Shown: positions 49,399-59,056 of the stretch, piece after piece
How the letters are laid out: each line of letters starts with the position of its first letter
How positions within the stretch are numbered: position 1 is the stretch's first letter
NCBI GenBank assembly: GCA_050251055.1
Contig: JBFWNL010000006.1
Location: forward strand, 96,001-160,000
Length of the DNA: 64,000 nt
Origin: Bacteriovoracia bacterium
Lineage (GTDB): Bacteria > Bdellovibrionota > UBA1018 > JBFWNL01
Direction: 5' to 3'
Translations under genes and position numbers: made by a program
Notes under the pieces: model-generated
What the model was told of the DNA's origin: nothing
Database searches by the model: none
The model's input: the letters and a program-made list of their open reading frames with translations, nothing else

Positions 49399-51225
49399 TC
49401 AGTACGAGACGCGCAACAGCCGCCGGTTTCCGTCGCTGGCGTAGCCTTGAAAGTAGAGGTACCGACTGTCGGCGTAAAATCTGGGCGCCGCGGCCACCAC
49501 ATCATGTCCTACGGATTGGCCGATCCCCAACCGTAAGGATTGCTTTCCATCCGTAAGGTGCAAGCGCACCAGGCCCACGCTGTCGGCGGCGGCAAAGAAC
49601 AGAAATCCGGCGAATGCCTGCAACGGGGCCCCGGTTACCAAGTCATTTGTGGAGGAGGTGTTCGAAACCTGGCGCACGGTCGTCCCGTCGTAAGAGTAGA
49701 GTTTTAGGTAGGTTCCGGTGGCTTCGTAGCCGATAAAAAAAAGATATCCGTTGGCGGCGGTGAGGCTAGTGATGTTGTCGGAAAGCGCCGAATTTTGGAC
49801 CAAGTCGACGATCTGTGACACGTGATCTCCATCATATCGGTAGAGCTTGACTGCTCCGGCGGCATTTGCCGCCGTAAAATAGACGCCGTTTCCGTACTCT
49901 ACGGGTTTGCTGGGTGAGTCAGCTGTAGCCGCCCCGGCGATGTCGGAAATCTGGGAAACCGATGTCCCATTCGTGCGAAACAGTTTCGTTTTCCCGGAAG
50001 CGTTGCGGCCCACGAAATAGACGTAGCTCCCGATGGCCGTCATTTTTGCCGCATCCACGCCGTCGTTTCCTGCGGATCCTGAATTAAAAACCAGCTCCAC
50101 GCTCGTACCGTCAGTCCGAAAGAGACGATTGGTGGTGGTGGCGTCACTGGCGACAAAGTATCCATAGTTTCCTAGTACCGCGAATCCTTGAGTCGAGATC
50201 GCGTCGCTAGCCGCTCCCGTGGTCGCCGATACTAGGTGAATACCGCTGCCGTCCGTTCGATAAAGGCGGGGCTGTCCGGCCCCTCCGTTATTGGCAGAAA
50301 AGTAAAGATTTCCCGCGAATTGCCCCAAGATGATGGGAAAATCCGTTCCGCCACCTACAATATTGGAAACTTGCTCTACTCCCGAGCCGGATATCTTGCG
50401 GAGCTTCGTCACCCCGGCGGAGACGGAGGCTCCCAGATAAATTCCTCCGGAAAACTCCGTGAGCGTATTGTAGATGTCGCTCGAGCCAGCTCCGAGGGCA
50501 TCGATTACATTGACGGGAGAAAGCCCATCCAAACGATACAGCTTGGAGTTGCCCATGGCGTTGGAGGCGCTGAAGTAATGGATGCCATCCACGGTAATCC
50601 TGGGAGAGGGCTCGTCGTTGGTATTGCCAGTGGTTGATCCGGTCGCCTCCACCACGAACTTACGTACCGGGATAGACACGAGGTCCACGACGTTTTGGCT
50701 TCCGTTTAGGCGAGATGTGAATCGAACCACCATATCCACCGAGCGGGAGATGTCCAGCGTGGATACAAAGAACGAAGGTAGACCGCAAATCCAGGATGCC
50801 GGTAAGTCACCCAGGAGCGAACAGTCATTGGTCGCGTCCGACTCGAGAGTGGCGTTAACGCTTACCTCGACTTCACGAGTGTCTGTTCCAAGTAAAGTGC
50901 TGGTCGTGCTGCCCGAAGCGGCCATCGTGCTCGAAACGGCGGCGGCGGCGGGAGAGGCAGTGCCCCCGCTGCCGGATGCGGCGGATCCCGATCCCGAGAC
51001 CACCATGGAGTTATTGCTGGTCGTCAGCAATGATACGGTGGCGGTACCGGCGTTTATGTTGTTCAAGGAGCTCACCACCAGTGGCGTTCCCGGAACCGCC
51101 GACGCATTTCGAGCGCCGAAACCCGGCCCGGTTATTTTGATCCCACAAGCGGTCCAGAAAGCCGTGACCCCAATCAGCGCGACGGTTCGTATGCGATGCG
51201 CGATTTTCAGCGAATTCACGGTCAT
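49399..51225 (-). CDS. Lipoprotein with ELWxxDGT-like beta-propeller repeats
   Basis: Lipobox WTAC; repeated (K/R)L(Y/F)R(T/Y)DG...YFxA units; Ser/Ala/Thr linker. Confidence 0.8.
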   Translation of the reverse strand: MTVNSLKIAHRIRTVALIGVTAFWTACGIKITGPGFGARNASAVPGTPLVVSSLNNINAGTATVSLLTTSNNSMVVSGSGSAASGSGGTASPAAAAVSSTMAASGSTTSTLLGTDTREVEVSVNATLESDATNDCSLLGDLPASWICGLPSFFVSTLDISRSVDMVVRFTSRLNGSQNVVDLVSIPVRKFVVEATGSTTGNTNDEPSPRITVDGIHYFSASNAMGNSKLYRLDGLSPVNVIDALGAGSSDIYNTLTEFSGGIYLGASVSAGVTKLRKISGSGVEQVSNIVGGGTDFPIILGQFAGNLYFSANNGGAGQPRLYRTDGSGIHLVSATTGAASDAISTQGFAVLGNYGYFVASDATTTNRLFRTDGTSVELVFNSGSAGNDGVDAAKMTAIGSYVYFVGRNASGKTKLFRTNGTSVSQISDIAGAATADSPSKPVEYGNGVYFTAANAAGAVKLYRYDGDHVSQIVDLVQNSALSDNITSLTAANGYLFFIGYEATGTYLKLYSYDGTTVRQVSNTSSTNDLVTGAPLQAFAGFLFFAAADSVGLVRLHLTDGKQSLRLGIGQSVGHDVVAAAPRFYADSRYLYFQGYASDGNRRLLRVSY

Positions 51226-51950
51226 GCGCCCTTTCGGATGCGTTCAACTAGGCGGTCTTTCTCCGCCTGGGAGAGCGCCTTGAAGATCGCGAATTTTCTG
51301 CGTAGATCGGACTTCTTTGATGGAGTAAATGCGACGTATCTCTGGTGGTTCAATCGGGTCTTTGCCCTTGTGACGGGCGTCAATTGTCGCCAGCGCTGAT
51401 TCGCTTGCACGATCGCGGCTTGCGCTTCTGGTGGACGTTGCGAAAAGTCGCGTTTCGCCCTCGGCAGGTCTACTTGTAGGGCTAGCCGCTGTTCCTGCTG
51501 ACGGGCTGCCTCGGCGGTCAACTCCGCCGCCACTTCTTCCAGACTGGTTTCTTCCCAATGTCCCGCCGGCGCGTCATCCGCTACCGCCTCGGGGAAGAAA
51601 TAAAACGGTGAGCGCTCCGATGCATTCCAGCGCTCCAGTACGTCTAAATAAAGATAGAACTCCATTTCGACCAAGACTTCTTGGTCCGCTAATGCCAGGG
51701 GATCTGACAGGACCGTTTGGGCTAAAGTGTCGTGAACCTCAGGAGTAGACTGAAGTTTCGTCTTGATCTGCCAAGCCATCACGATCGCTAACGCCGCCGC
51801 GCCGACTCCGATCATCTTCCAATTCGGAAAGGAGGGAAGCATGCGCCAAATCGACGTTTCGGCCCCCACGATTTCGGCCACCTGGCGGCGTACTTTCGCG
51901 TCGAGCCGTGACGGTGGGTTTTTTTCAAAATCATCTGACCATTTACTCAT
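51222..51950 (-). CDS. Putative anti-sigma factor (single TM; DUF3619-like plus DUF3106-like helical repeats)
   Basis: Overlaps the ECF sigma gene; TM helix; EMEFYLYL; repeated W/F-x-x-L-T/S-P units. Confidence 0.65.
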   Translation of the reverse strand: MSKWSDDFEKNPPSRLDAKVRRQVAEIVGAETSIWRMLPSFPNWKMIGVGAAALAIVMAWQIKTKLQSTPEVHDTLAQTVLSDPLALADQEVLVEMEFYLYLDVLERWNASERSPFYFFPEAVADDAPAGHWEETSLEEVAAELTAEAARQQEQRLALQVDLPRAKRDFSQRPPEAQAAIVQANQRWRQLTPVTRAKTRLNHQRYVAFTPSKKSDLRRKFAIFKALSQAEKDRLVERIRKGA

Positions 51951-52551
51951 CGCTTTCCCTTCCTAGGATTTCCGAAAGAGCTTTCCGAGCCCGAAACAGG
52001 GTAGACTTCGTGTTTGCCAACGAGAGTCCGTGGGAGTGGGCTAATTCTTCGTACGAACACTCTTCGGTCAGCCACTGAGTAATTACCAATCTTTGTCTTT
52101 CAGGTAGCTGCGTTAATGCATGCAGTACCCGGCTCAACTCGTGACGGCTGATCACGTCCGCTTCAAAGCTGGGTACGGTCAGCTCGACGGGAGTGGCGTA
52201 TTCTATTTTGTCTTCCTCCAAGCTCTCGCCTTCGATCTTTTCGTGATCACGGAAGTGCATATTCACGGCGTTTCTGGTGATCTGCAGCAGCCATCCGCGG
52301 AATTTATTCGGTCCCTTGTAGGTGCTGGCCTTGCGGGCCACTTGGGACCAGGTTACTTGAAATAGATCGTCGGCTAGGTCGGAACGTTTGCCGAGCATGC
52401 GGTGTAAATACCCGTACACAAGTCGCTTATAGCGGCCATATAGTTCGTCAAAAGCCGCCATTTGGCCTTTCACTAGTGAATCCACTAGCTCGTCGTCACT
52501 GGCTGCTTTGGAATGATCTGAGGGCCGCATCGCCACCCAGTTTACCTGCAT
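51943..52551 (-). CDS. ECF RNA polymerase sigma factor
   Basis: SDDELV, AFDELYGRY, ADDLFQVTW, FRGWLLQITRN, LPERQR, SYEELA, KSTLFRAR; start approximate. Confidence 0.92.
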   Translation of the reverse strand: MQVNWVAMRPSDHSKAASDDELVDSLVKGQMAAFDELYGRYKRLVYGYLHRMLGKRSDLADDLFQVTWSQVARKASTYKGPNKFRGWLLQITRNAVNMHFRDHEKIEGESLEEDKIEYATPVELTVPSFEADVISRHELSRVLHALTQLPERQRLVITQWLTEECSYEELAHSHGLSLANTKSTLFRARKALSEILGRESDE

Positions 52552-52599
52552 TTCTAGAGCAAACAACGTCCCTAACGTAAGCGCTCCTTCGTAACTATA

Positions 52600-52625
52600 G
52601 ATGCGTGCGAGAGACAAAAGTTGCA
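52600..52625 (-). promoter_or_regulatory. ECF sigma-type promoter, copy 3 (autoregulatory position)
   Basis: Minus strand TGCAACTTTT-N10-CGCATC upstream of the sigma gene. Confidence 0.65.
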
Positions 52626-52681
52626 ACGCGGGGGTGGGAGGAGGCGTGCCGCCAGGCGCTGGCCATACTTTATTGATATTA

Positions 52682-53719
52682 TTACTTAATAGTCGCTTTT
52701 GGGTCGGTCAGGTAATGCGCGTACCGAGAAAGGAACCGCCCCTCGTCGGGCACTGCTTTCACAAACCACTCGTAGGACGCCCGAAGCTTTGGCTTAGCCA
52801 AGTTCACCGCCGCGTTCATTTCGGTCAGCAAGGATTTCTCTTCGTTGGTTACGGGTTTTCGGGTCAAGCGCGCCAGCTCGTCCAGTTTGGCGGGAAGGGC
52901 GGCCATGCGCTCGACGAGACCGACGAGGGGCTGGAGGCGGGATAGGAACCCCAGGCGAGAGCCTTTCATACCGTCCGCGCAAATCCCCAGAAAAGCGGCG
53001 CCGTTTTCCACCAGGTAACGATAAACGTCCATTTCCTCGCCATCGCGGTGGGGAAGGTACTTTAGCTGGACGAGATTCGTTTTCATTTCGAGTAGATTCC
53101 ACTCCCGTTCTTCGTCGGCGGTCCAATCGCGCTTTTCGGCGATTTCGCCCAGCTGGGTTTGGCGCGTGGAGATCGGTTCCAGGCTTGCGAACCAGCGGTC
53201 GTATTCTTGATCGAGCCGGTGGAAGGCGACGGGATTTCTTGCCCGGTGAATCAGATAGTGAATGAACTCGTGCACGAGCGATTCCCGCAGCGACACCGCG
53301 AAAACCAGCAGGATGGGGTAAGGACGCACGAGCTTAGGCAGGGATTCGTTCGGCTGAAACGCGTTGTCTGGACGGAGAAATATTCCGGAAATAGATTGCG
53401 TCTCGTCCGATCGGTAAGATTCGCAGTACGCTTTCAGGGTTTCCTGATCGGGCTCAAGCGCGTTGATTCCGTTAAATTCGGGATTGTTTCCTTCTTTGTA
53501 CTGACGGAAGGATTCTGGCCCGGGCTCGCAGATGAATGTCCGCACCTGATAGCGCTCGCGGATCGTGCGCGCGAAGGCAAGACTGCTGAGCCCGCCCAGC
53601 TCTTTCATCTCTTTTTTTGAAATCGGGGTTTGAGTCCAGAGGGTGACCGTGTCCTCGGGTCCCGCCTGGACGAGGGGGGCGAATAAGATAAGAGTCAGAA
53701 TAAATCGAGTTGGACTCAA
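52682..53719 (-). CDS. Secreted hypothetical protein with HExxH zincin motif
   Basis: GGAGG RBS; signal peptide VQA|G; LVHEFIHY and downstream EEMDV. Confidence 0.65.
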   Translation of the reverse strand: MSPTRFILTLILFAPLVQAGPEDTVTLWTQTPISKKEMKELGGLSSLAFARTIRERYQVRTFICEPGPESFRQYKEGNNPEFNGINALEPDQETLKAYCESYRSDETQSISGIFLRPDNAFQPNESLPKLVRPYPILLVFAVSLRESLVHEFIHYLIHRARNPVAFHRLDQEYDRWFASLEPISTRQTQLGEIAEKRDWTADEEREWNLLEMKTNLVQLKYLPHRDGEEMDVYRYLVENGAAFLGICADGMKGSRLGFLSRLQPLVGLVERMAALPAKLDELARLTRKPVTNEEKSLLTEMNAAVNLAKPKLRASYEWFVKAVPDEGRFLSRYAHYLTDPKATIK

Positions 53720-53874
53720 AAAGCCTCCAAAAATCAGCTTCTTATCTTACATTTGTGTAATTTAGTCAAGAATTAAGGTCACCCCTTAAAACCCAGCCGA
53801 ACCGGGTAGTTGAGGTGGGTACCCGCGATCGTTCGCTAGTCCAACGCGGGTATCGCTGTTAGCGTAGGGGCTCT

Positions 53875-54237
53875 ATGATGCGAGCCTGGATTTTAATCGG
53901 ATGGGTGTTTTTCGTGCAGACGGCCGGGGCTAAGCCTAAGTCGGGACGATTCCAGATTTACGGGCAGTATGCGGTTTTGGAGTTTGCGGGTGCGCAGGGC
54001 GATATCGACATCTGTCGAAAAATCGATGTGGAGTCCGAGCGGAAAATTCTCCAGGAAAGGACCTGTCCGACGAAGACATCTTCCTGCGGGAGCAATGACG
54101 GCGTTCCCTGTCGAGCGTGCGCGATCAAAAAAGGTCCCAAGGGTAGAAGACTCCTCGTGTTCAAGTACGAGACCGATTGCGAGCGGGAGCGTGAGACCCA
54201 AGGCGTGAATAAGCAGGTAGCGGAGGATGCGGAGTAG
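53875..54237 (+). CDS. Small secreted Cys-rich protein
   Basis: Signal peptide AGA|K; six Cys. Confidence 0.5.
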   Translation: MMRAWILIGWVFFVQTAGAKPKSGRFQIYGQYAVLEFAGAQGDIDICRKIDVESERKILQERTCPTKTSSCGSNDGVPCRACAIKKGPKGRRLLVFKYETDCERERETQGVNKQVAEDAE

Positions 54238-54449
54238 CCGTCACGTGGGGCCGTTTATGTTACCCGTGTAACGCTTGGGGCTCAACCCGTGGACGTCGGG
54301 ATTGTTTCCGCGATAGTTAAGTAAAGCTTTTCAAACCGTGAACGTTTGTGCGCGCTTACCACCTTCGTTTAGACCGATCTTTTGATCCGGGCGTCCGGCG
54401 GGCGTAACCTGGATCTTGGGATTGGGTCACCTTGATCTAAGGGGAAAAA

Positions 54450-56570
54450 ATGAAGGCTAATATTTTACGAAAAGCGGCGCCGCTCGCGTGGATCTTGGTA
54501 ATATCGTCGATAGTTACGGTGGATGGAGTGGATGCGCGACCCTTCCGGTCGCCCGCGCGGGAAGGGGGGCCGCGCGAGACGGGGTCCCCCCAGGACTCCG
54601 TCGCCGAATGCGCCGATGGTATCGACAATGACGGCGATGGCCTGGTCGATTGGCAGCAGGACCTGGGCTGTACCGATGCCAACGATACCGAAGGTAGCCT
54701 CAGTTACGCCGTGAAGAATGGGTGGACGGTCGCGGCCCCCTCGGCTGACTCCCGAATCATTTACGTGAGCTCTTCGGGTGGCAACGATAGCAATTCCGGC
54801 CTTACGCCCGCGATGGCTAAGCGGACGATCGCAGCGGGTTTGGCGCTTTTGCGTTCCGGTTATCCCGATTGGCTTCTCCTAAAGCGCGGTGACGTGTTCA
54901 GTTCCCAGAGTATCCGTTTTCGAATCAATGGACGCTCCCCGAGTGAGCGGCTCGTGCTAAGCTCTTACGGCAGCTCAATCGTGCGTCCCCAGCTCGTGGG
55001 TTCCAACGAGGTCATTAGCTTCGACTCCGGAACGCGAAACATATTCATCTCCGGCCTGCGCGTTTCCTCGTCCGTCGTCCATCCAACGAGCGAGACCTAT
55101 GGCATTCGCATCCTCGGCACGGCCCAATCTCATATCGAATTCCAAGATATGTACGTAGAAAAGTTCGAGGAGAATTTTTCGATCCAAACCTATCCCAGCA
55201 ATGGCACGCGGATTTCGAATATCGTCTTGCGTCGGAACGTGATTGCCGACGCCGCCGCAAACTACTGGAAGGCGCAAGGGATATACATCCAGAGCGTCGA
55301 CGGCATCGATATGATCGAGAACATTTTCGAACACAACGGCTGGCTGGCCGCCAACGAGACGCCCACCACGCCCGGGTCGTCCCAGGCCCCTACGGTCGGG
55401 CCGAACATCTACAAACACAATGTTTATGTGCAGGGGGATGGGGGTTTGCTCGATAGCAGTTCCGTAAAATTCTTGCGTAACATCGTCACGGGAACCGATG
55501 GAGCGCAGTTCCGTTCCGGCGGGATCGTCGAAGATAATCTCTTCGTTCGCAATGCCACTAACCTCTATCACAGCCGCGGCGGCCCCGGTGACAACAAGAT
55601 CATTCGCAACGTCGTGCTCGAAGGCCGCACCATGTTCGCCGATTACCCGTATAATCGATCCTGGGGGCCTAAGATTGATGGAGGATCGGGGTTGGAAGTG
55701 ATTGAAAATATCGTCGCTTATGATCAGAGCACGGCCCAGTACGCTAGCTTCGCGTTCGATTTCGACGGAAATTCGGGGGTGGCTACGCGGAACATCTCGT
55801 ACAAGTGGTCGCCGGAATCACCGCTGCAAAGTGGCTCCTACGGCGGGCTTACCGCATCGGGTAACCAGCTGAATGCCGCCGTTTCGGATCCGAACCGGCG
55901 TATCCAGCATTACATGGCTTTCGTCGGCGCCATGCCCGCGAGCTACGACGGATTTGTGGCCGCCTTGAGAACCATGCAACGCTTCAACTGGAGCCCGGCT
56001 TACATGGCGCCCGCGGTGATTGACTTCGTACGCGCGGGGTTTGGATTAAGCTCGGGCATGCCGCCGGTGGTTTCGTTGGCGGTGGTCAGTTCACGGGCGG
56101 ACGAAGCAAGTCCTGGTTCAGTGAAGGGGCGGATCCGGTTCACGCGCTCGACGAGCGCGGGTAACCTCGGCATCCAATTCTCCCTTCAGGGGAATGCGGT
56201 TGCCGGCGTGGATTTCGTCGCCCTCGCGGGCCCGATCGTGATCCCGGACGGCCAGACTTTCGTGGAGCGCGAGATCGTGGCTATCAACGATACGGCAGTG
56301 GAGCGTACGGAGCATGTCACCATCGTATTAACGCCGTCGGCGGAGTATGCCGTGAACGGCGCCGCCGCGTCGGGTACGGTAGCCATCGTCGATAACGACG
56401 GCTGTCCTGGCGATCTCGATCGTAACGGTAACCTGAACGCGAACGACTTCCAATCCATGACTAACGCTTACGCCCACAAGCTTCCTATGGCGGATATCGA
56501 CGCTAGCGGTACCTTCACCGCGAATGATTTCACCGCATTCTTGTCGGCTTATGCGGTCGGCTGCCCATAG
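54450..56570 (+). CDS. Secreted right-handed beta-helix protein with Calx-beta and C-terminal GC-type dockerin
   Basis: CADGIDNDGDG motif; IYVSSSGGNDSNSG; LLLKRGD; GxAxAGVDF...DTAVERTE; CPGDLDRNGNLNANDF...DFTAFLSAYAVGCP. Confidence 0.8.
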   Translation: MKANILRKAAPLAWILVISSIVTVDGVDARPFRSPAREGGPRETGSPQDSVAECADGIDNDGDGLVDWQQDLGCTDANDTEGSLSYAVKNGWTVAAPSADSRIIYVSSSGGNDSNSGLTPAMAKRTIAAGLALLRSGYPDWLLLKRGDVFSSQSIRFRINGRSPSERLVLSSYGSSIVRPQLVGSNEVISFDSGTRNIFISGLRVSSSVVHPTSETYGIRILGTAQSHIEFQDMYVEKFEENFSIQTYPSNGTRISNIVLRRNVIADAAANYWKAQGIYIQSVDGIDMIENIFEHNGWLAANETPTTPGSSQAPTVGPNIYKHNVYVQGDGGLLDSSSVKFLRNIVTGTDGAQFRSGGIVEDNLFVRNATNLYHSRGGPGDNKIIRNVVLEGRTMFADYPYNRSWGPKIDGGSGLEVIENIVAYDQSTAQYASFAFDFDGNSGVATRNISYKWSPESPLQSGSYGGLTASGNQLNAAVSDPNRRIQHYMAFVGAMPASYDGFVAALRTMQRFNWSPAYMAPAVIDFVRAGFGLSSGMPPVVSLAVVSSRADEASPGSVKGRIRFTRSTSAGNLGIQFSLQGNAVAGVDFVALAGPIVIPDGQTFVEREIVAINDTAVERTEHVTIVLTPSAEYAVNGAAASGTVAIVDNDGCPGDLDRNGNLNANDFQSMTNAYAHKLPMADIDASGTFTANDFTAFLSAYAVGCP

Positions 56571-56707
56571 ACGAGGGGGCCGCATCCTCGGGCGGCTCAT
56601 TGTGGCCGAAACGAAACGAATTCGCGGCTTCGCTCGTAAGGCCTGTTGCGCGGCGTTAGGTGGGCCGTTTCGTTTCCACTATTCTTCGTAGGAAAGCCTG
56701 CGGATAG

Positions 56708-57817
56708 TTGTTAACTTTATTGCTTGTGAGGAAACGCTTTCGGCAAATCGTCATCTTATTCGTTTCATTCTCCTCGCTGGGCGCCTTTTCGGGGTGCTCC
56801 GCCGTCTTTCACCGTTCAACCACGCTTCATCGGTATCTGGTGGCTTGCCAACGGTCCGACTACTGCCAGCGTTTCAAGATCGATAAGCATACGGGCGCGT
56901 TGAGTGGTTTCGAGGATCCGTTTCATCTGCTGGACGGGGCTTATCACTATCCATTCTTCGTGCCCAACACGGATCTGATCGCGTACAGCGGATACTCCAG
57001 CCAATCGATCATCTTGTCGCGGATCAATTCGACGACCGACGAGCAAACCACGGTGTCCACGACCGCGGTCTCCGGAAATCCGCGCTCCATCGCGTTTAGC
57101 CCCGAACTCGCATTGGCGTTCGTGGCGTCCTCGACGGGAGTCAACAGTGTGCAAGTATTCACGTTCGACGCGGCGGCGGGTAGATTGACCGCCGTATCCT
57201 CCGTGGCCACTGCATCGACCAATGCCCACCTGGCCGTGCACCCTAGCGGAAGGTTTGTTTTTTCCGGGAGCTACGATAACGGGGCCGTGCGGGCGTTTTC
57301 GGTCGATGGCGCGAGCGGGACTCTCGTGCAGGTGGGCGCCGACTTGACGCCCGCATCCCGTTCCGTCGAAATCGCTTTGTCCAGAAACGGTGAGTATCTG
57401 GTTTCCACGAGCCTCACGGGGTTGCATGTATTTTCCATCAACGCGGGTACCGGGGCGCTGCAGCTTCAGTTTAGTAGCGCGGCACTGGGCACCGTATTAG
57501 GCCGAGCGATCTTCGTCGGTTCGGGGGATGAGATGGTTGTCACCGACCCGGGTACGAACCAGGTTCATCTCGTTCGGCTCGACTTTTCGGCCCGTACGGT
57601 GACTTCCCTGAGTTCGATTTCGATCGCGGGCTTGGGTGCGCGGGCGGCAGCCGCAGGAGTCGGCAATGTTGCCTACGTGAATTCGGGGGCGACCTCGGAG
57701 ATCATCATCCTCGATTGGAGCGAGGCGAATCCGCAGCTGGTGGAGACAGGAAGAGTGACCAGCTTCTCCGTCGTGGAAGCCCTCGAGGCGGGACGCATTT
57801 CGGTTTCGGCTAACTAG
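56708..57817 (+). CDS. Lactonase-like beta-propeller lipoprotein
   Basis: Lipobox FSGC; PRSIAFSP, AVHPSGRFVF, F(S/T)(I/V)DxxxGxL blades. Confidence 0.75.
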   Translation: MLTLLLVRKRFRQIVILFVSFSSLGAFSGCSAVFHRSTTLHRYLVACQRSDYCQRFKIDKHTGALSGFEDPFHLLDGAYHYPFFVPNTDLIAYSGYSSQSIILSRINSTTDEQTTVSTTAVSGNPRSIAFSPELALAFVASSTGVNSVQVFTFDAAAGRLTAVSSVATASTNAHLAVHPSGRFVFSGSYDNGAVRAFSVDGASGTLVQVGADLTPASRSVEIALSRNGEYLVSTSLTGLHVFSINAGTGALQLQFSSAALGTVLGRAIFVGSGDEMVVTDPGTNQVHLVRLDFSARTVTSLSSISIAGLGARAAAAGVGNVAYVNSGATSEIIILDWSEANPQLVETGRVTSFSVVEALEAGRISVSAN

Positions 57818-57839
57818 CGTCAATCCGCTGGTTAGTTAT

Positions 57840-58748
57840 TTAAAACCCATCATAGCGCCGAAATACGTAGGCGGAGTTAACGAAATCAATCGCGTCGGCT
57901 TCGACTTCCTCACCGTAGAGCAGACCGATTTCATCGCACCAAAAGGTAGCGACGAATTCACCCGAAGGAGGGAGCTTTTCCCCGCAGTCGGTGCTTAATT
58001 TATCGAGGGGCACAGAGGCAAGGTAAAGCTTGCCCGGATTTTTTCTTTCCTTGTCCCTGGCGAAGGCGTTGGCCACGCCGGGGTCGAATGAAAATGAAAC
58101 CACGGAGTCCAGGCTGGAGGGCTTACCTTTTCGATCGACATAAGCGATTTCGCTTCCTGCGAGGTGAATTTGAAGCAAGGCGGCCGCATAGGGAATTCCG
58201 GGAGCGCCGCGATTTTCCTTGGCTGGACTGGGATCAATGCGTGAGTTGGCATCGAGCGCGTCGTAGACCCAGTATTTTTTATTTTCTAGATAATAGTACG
58301 GGTCACCGTCGGAAATGTAGGCGAACGGACGCATTTTTTGGATGAGTTTCTGGAGGGCGGCGTGCGCGTCCGCCAGCTTGCAGCCTTTACATACGGGGTG
58401 TTCGCCGGAAGTCACGGTGCGGGCGAAGCCCGATACCGCGGGCCAGTCATATGCGGATTTTTCGCCGCGAAATAGAACTACCCGACTGGGGTCGCAGGGC
58501 TCCCCAGGGTCGCTTACCTCGCATTCGTTCAGATAGCGGGAGCGTTCGGGAAGCCGGGCGTCCTTTTTCGCTTGGAGATTCTCTTTCCACTTCAGCAAGC
58601 GTGTTTCCGTCACCTCGCCACGGTCGGCGGCTTGCCACTTTTGAGAGATTTCCGCGATCCAGGCCCTATCCGCCGTGAAGTCCGCGGCAACGGCTGCCGA
58701 CGCAAGCAGCAGAGGTAACCACGACCATGAAAACACGGCTAAGCGCAT
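57840..58748 (-). CDS. Secreted hypothetical protein, possible ADP-ribosyltransferase fold
   Basis: Signal peptide; LFRG ... SFS ... EEVE order. Confidence 0.55.
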   Translation of the reverse strand: MRLAVFSWSWLPLLLASAAVAADFTADRAWIAEISQKWQAADRGEVTETRLLKWKENLQAKKDARLPERSRYLNECEVSDPGEPCDPSRVVLFRGEKSAYDWPAVSGFARTVTSGEHPVCKGCKLADAHAALQKLIQKMRPFAYISDGDPYYYLENKKYWVYDALDANSRIDPSPAKENRGAPGIPYAAALLQIHLAGSEIAYVDRKGKPSSLDSVVSFSFDPGVANAFARDKERKNPGKLYLASVPLDKLSTDCGEKLPPSGEFVATFWCDEIGLLYGEEVEADAIDFVNSAYVFRRYDGF

Positions 58749-58770
58749 GCGCGGAACCCTTAATCGATAA

Positions 58771-59043
58771 TCAAGTGCGCTTAATGAGGTGAAATCCGAA
58801 CTGCGTGCGCACCGGGCCCGACACTTCGCCGGGCTGCAGCGCGAAGGCCGCGGTCTCGAACTCCTTCACCATCTGGCCTTTGCCGAAGGTGCCGAGCGCC
58901 CCCCCGTTTCTTCCGGAGGGACACTTGGAAAACGTCTTGGCTAAGGCCTCGAAAGCTTCGCCCGCTTCCAGCTTCTTCAGCAGGTCTTGGGCTTCGAATT
59001 CTTTCTCCACCAGGATGTGGCTAGCGCTTACGGTCGATGACAT
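58771..59043 (-). CDS. ppiC: Parvulin-type peptidyl-prolyl isomerase
   Basis: ASHILV, CPSGRNGGALG, MVKEFE, TQFGFHLI; AAGGAGG RBS. Confidence 0.92.
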   Translation of the reverse strand: MSSTVSASHILVEKEFEAQDLLKKLEAGEAFEALAKTFSKCPSGRNGGALGTFGKGQMVKEFETAAFALQPGEVSGPVRTQFGFHLIKRT

Positions 59044-59056
59044 GGGGATCGCCTCC

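Noticed and set aside
54240-54449. Possible riboswitch in the leader of the beta-helix gene
   Set aside because: No recognisable aptamer consensus; an Infernal/Rfam scan would settle it
56608-56676. 11-bp inverted repeat GAAACGAAACG/CGTTTCGTTTC
   Set aside because: Single copy in the window; cannot distinguish a REP-like element from a simple terminator or stabiliser
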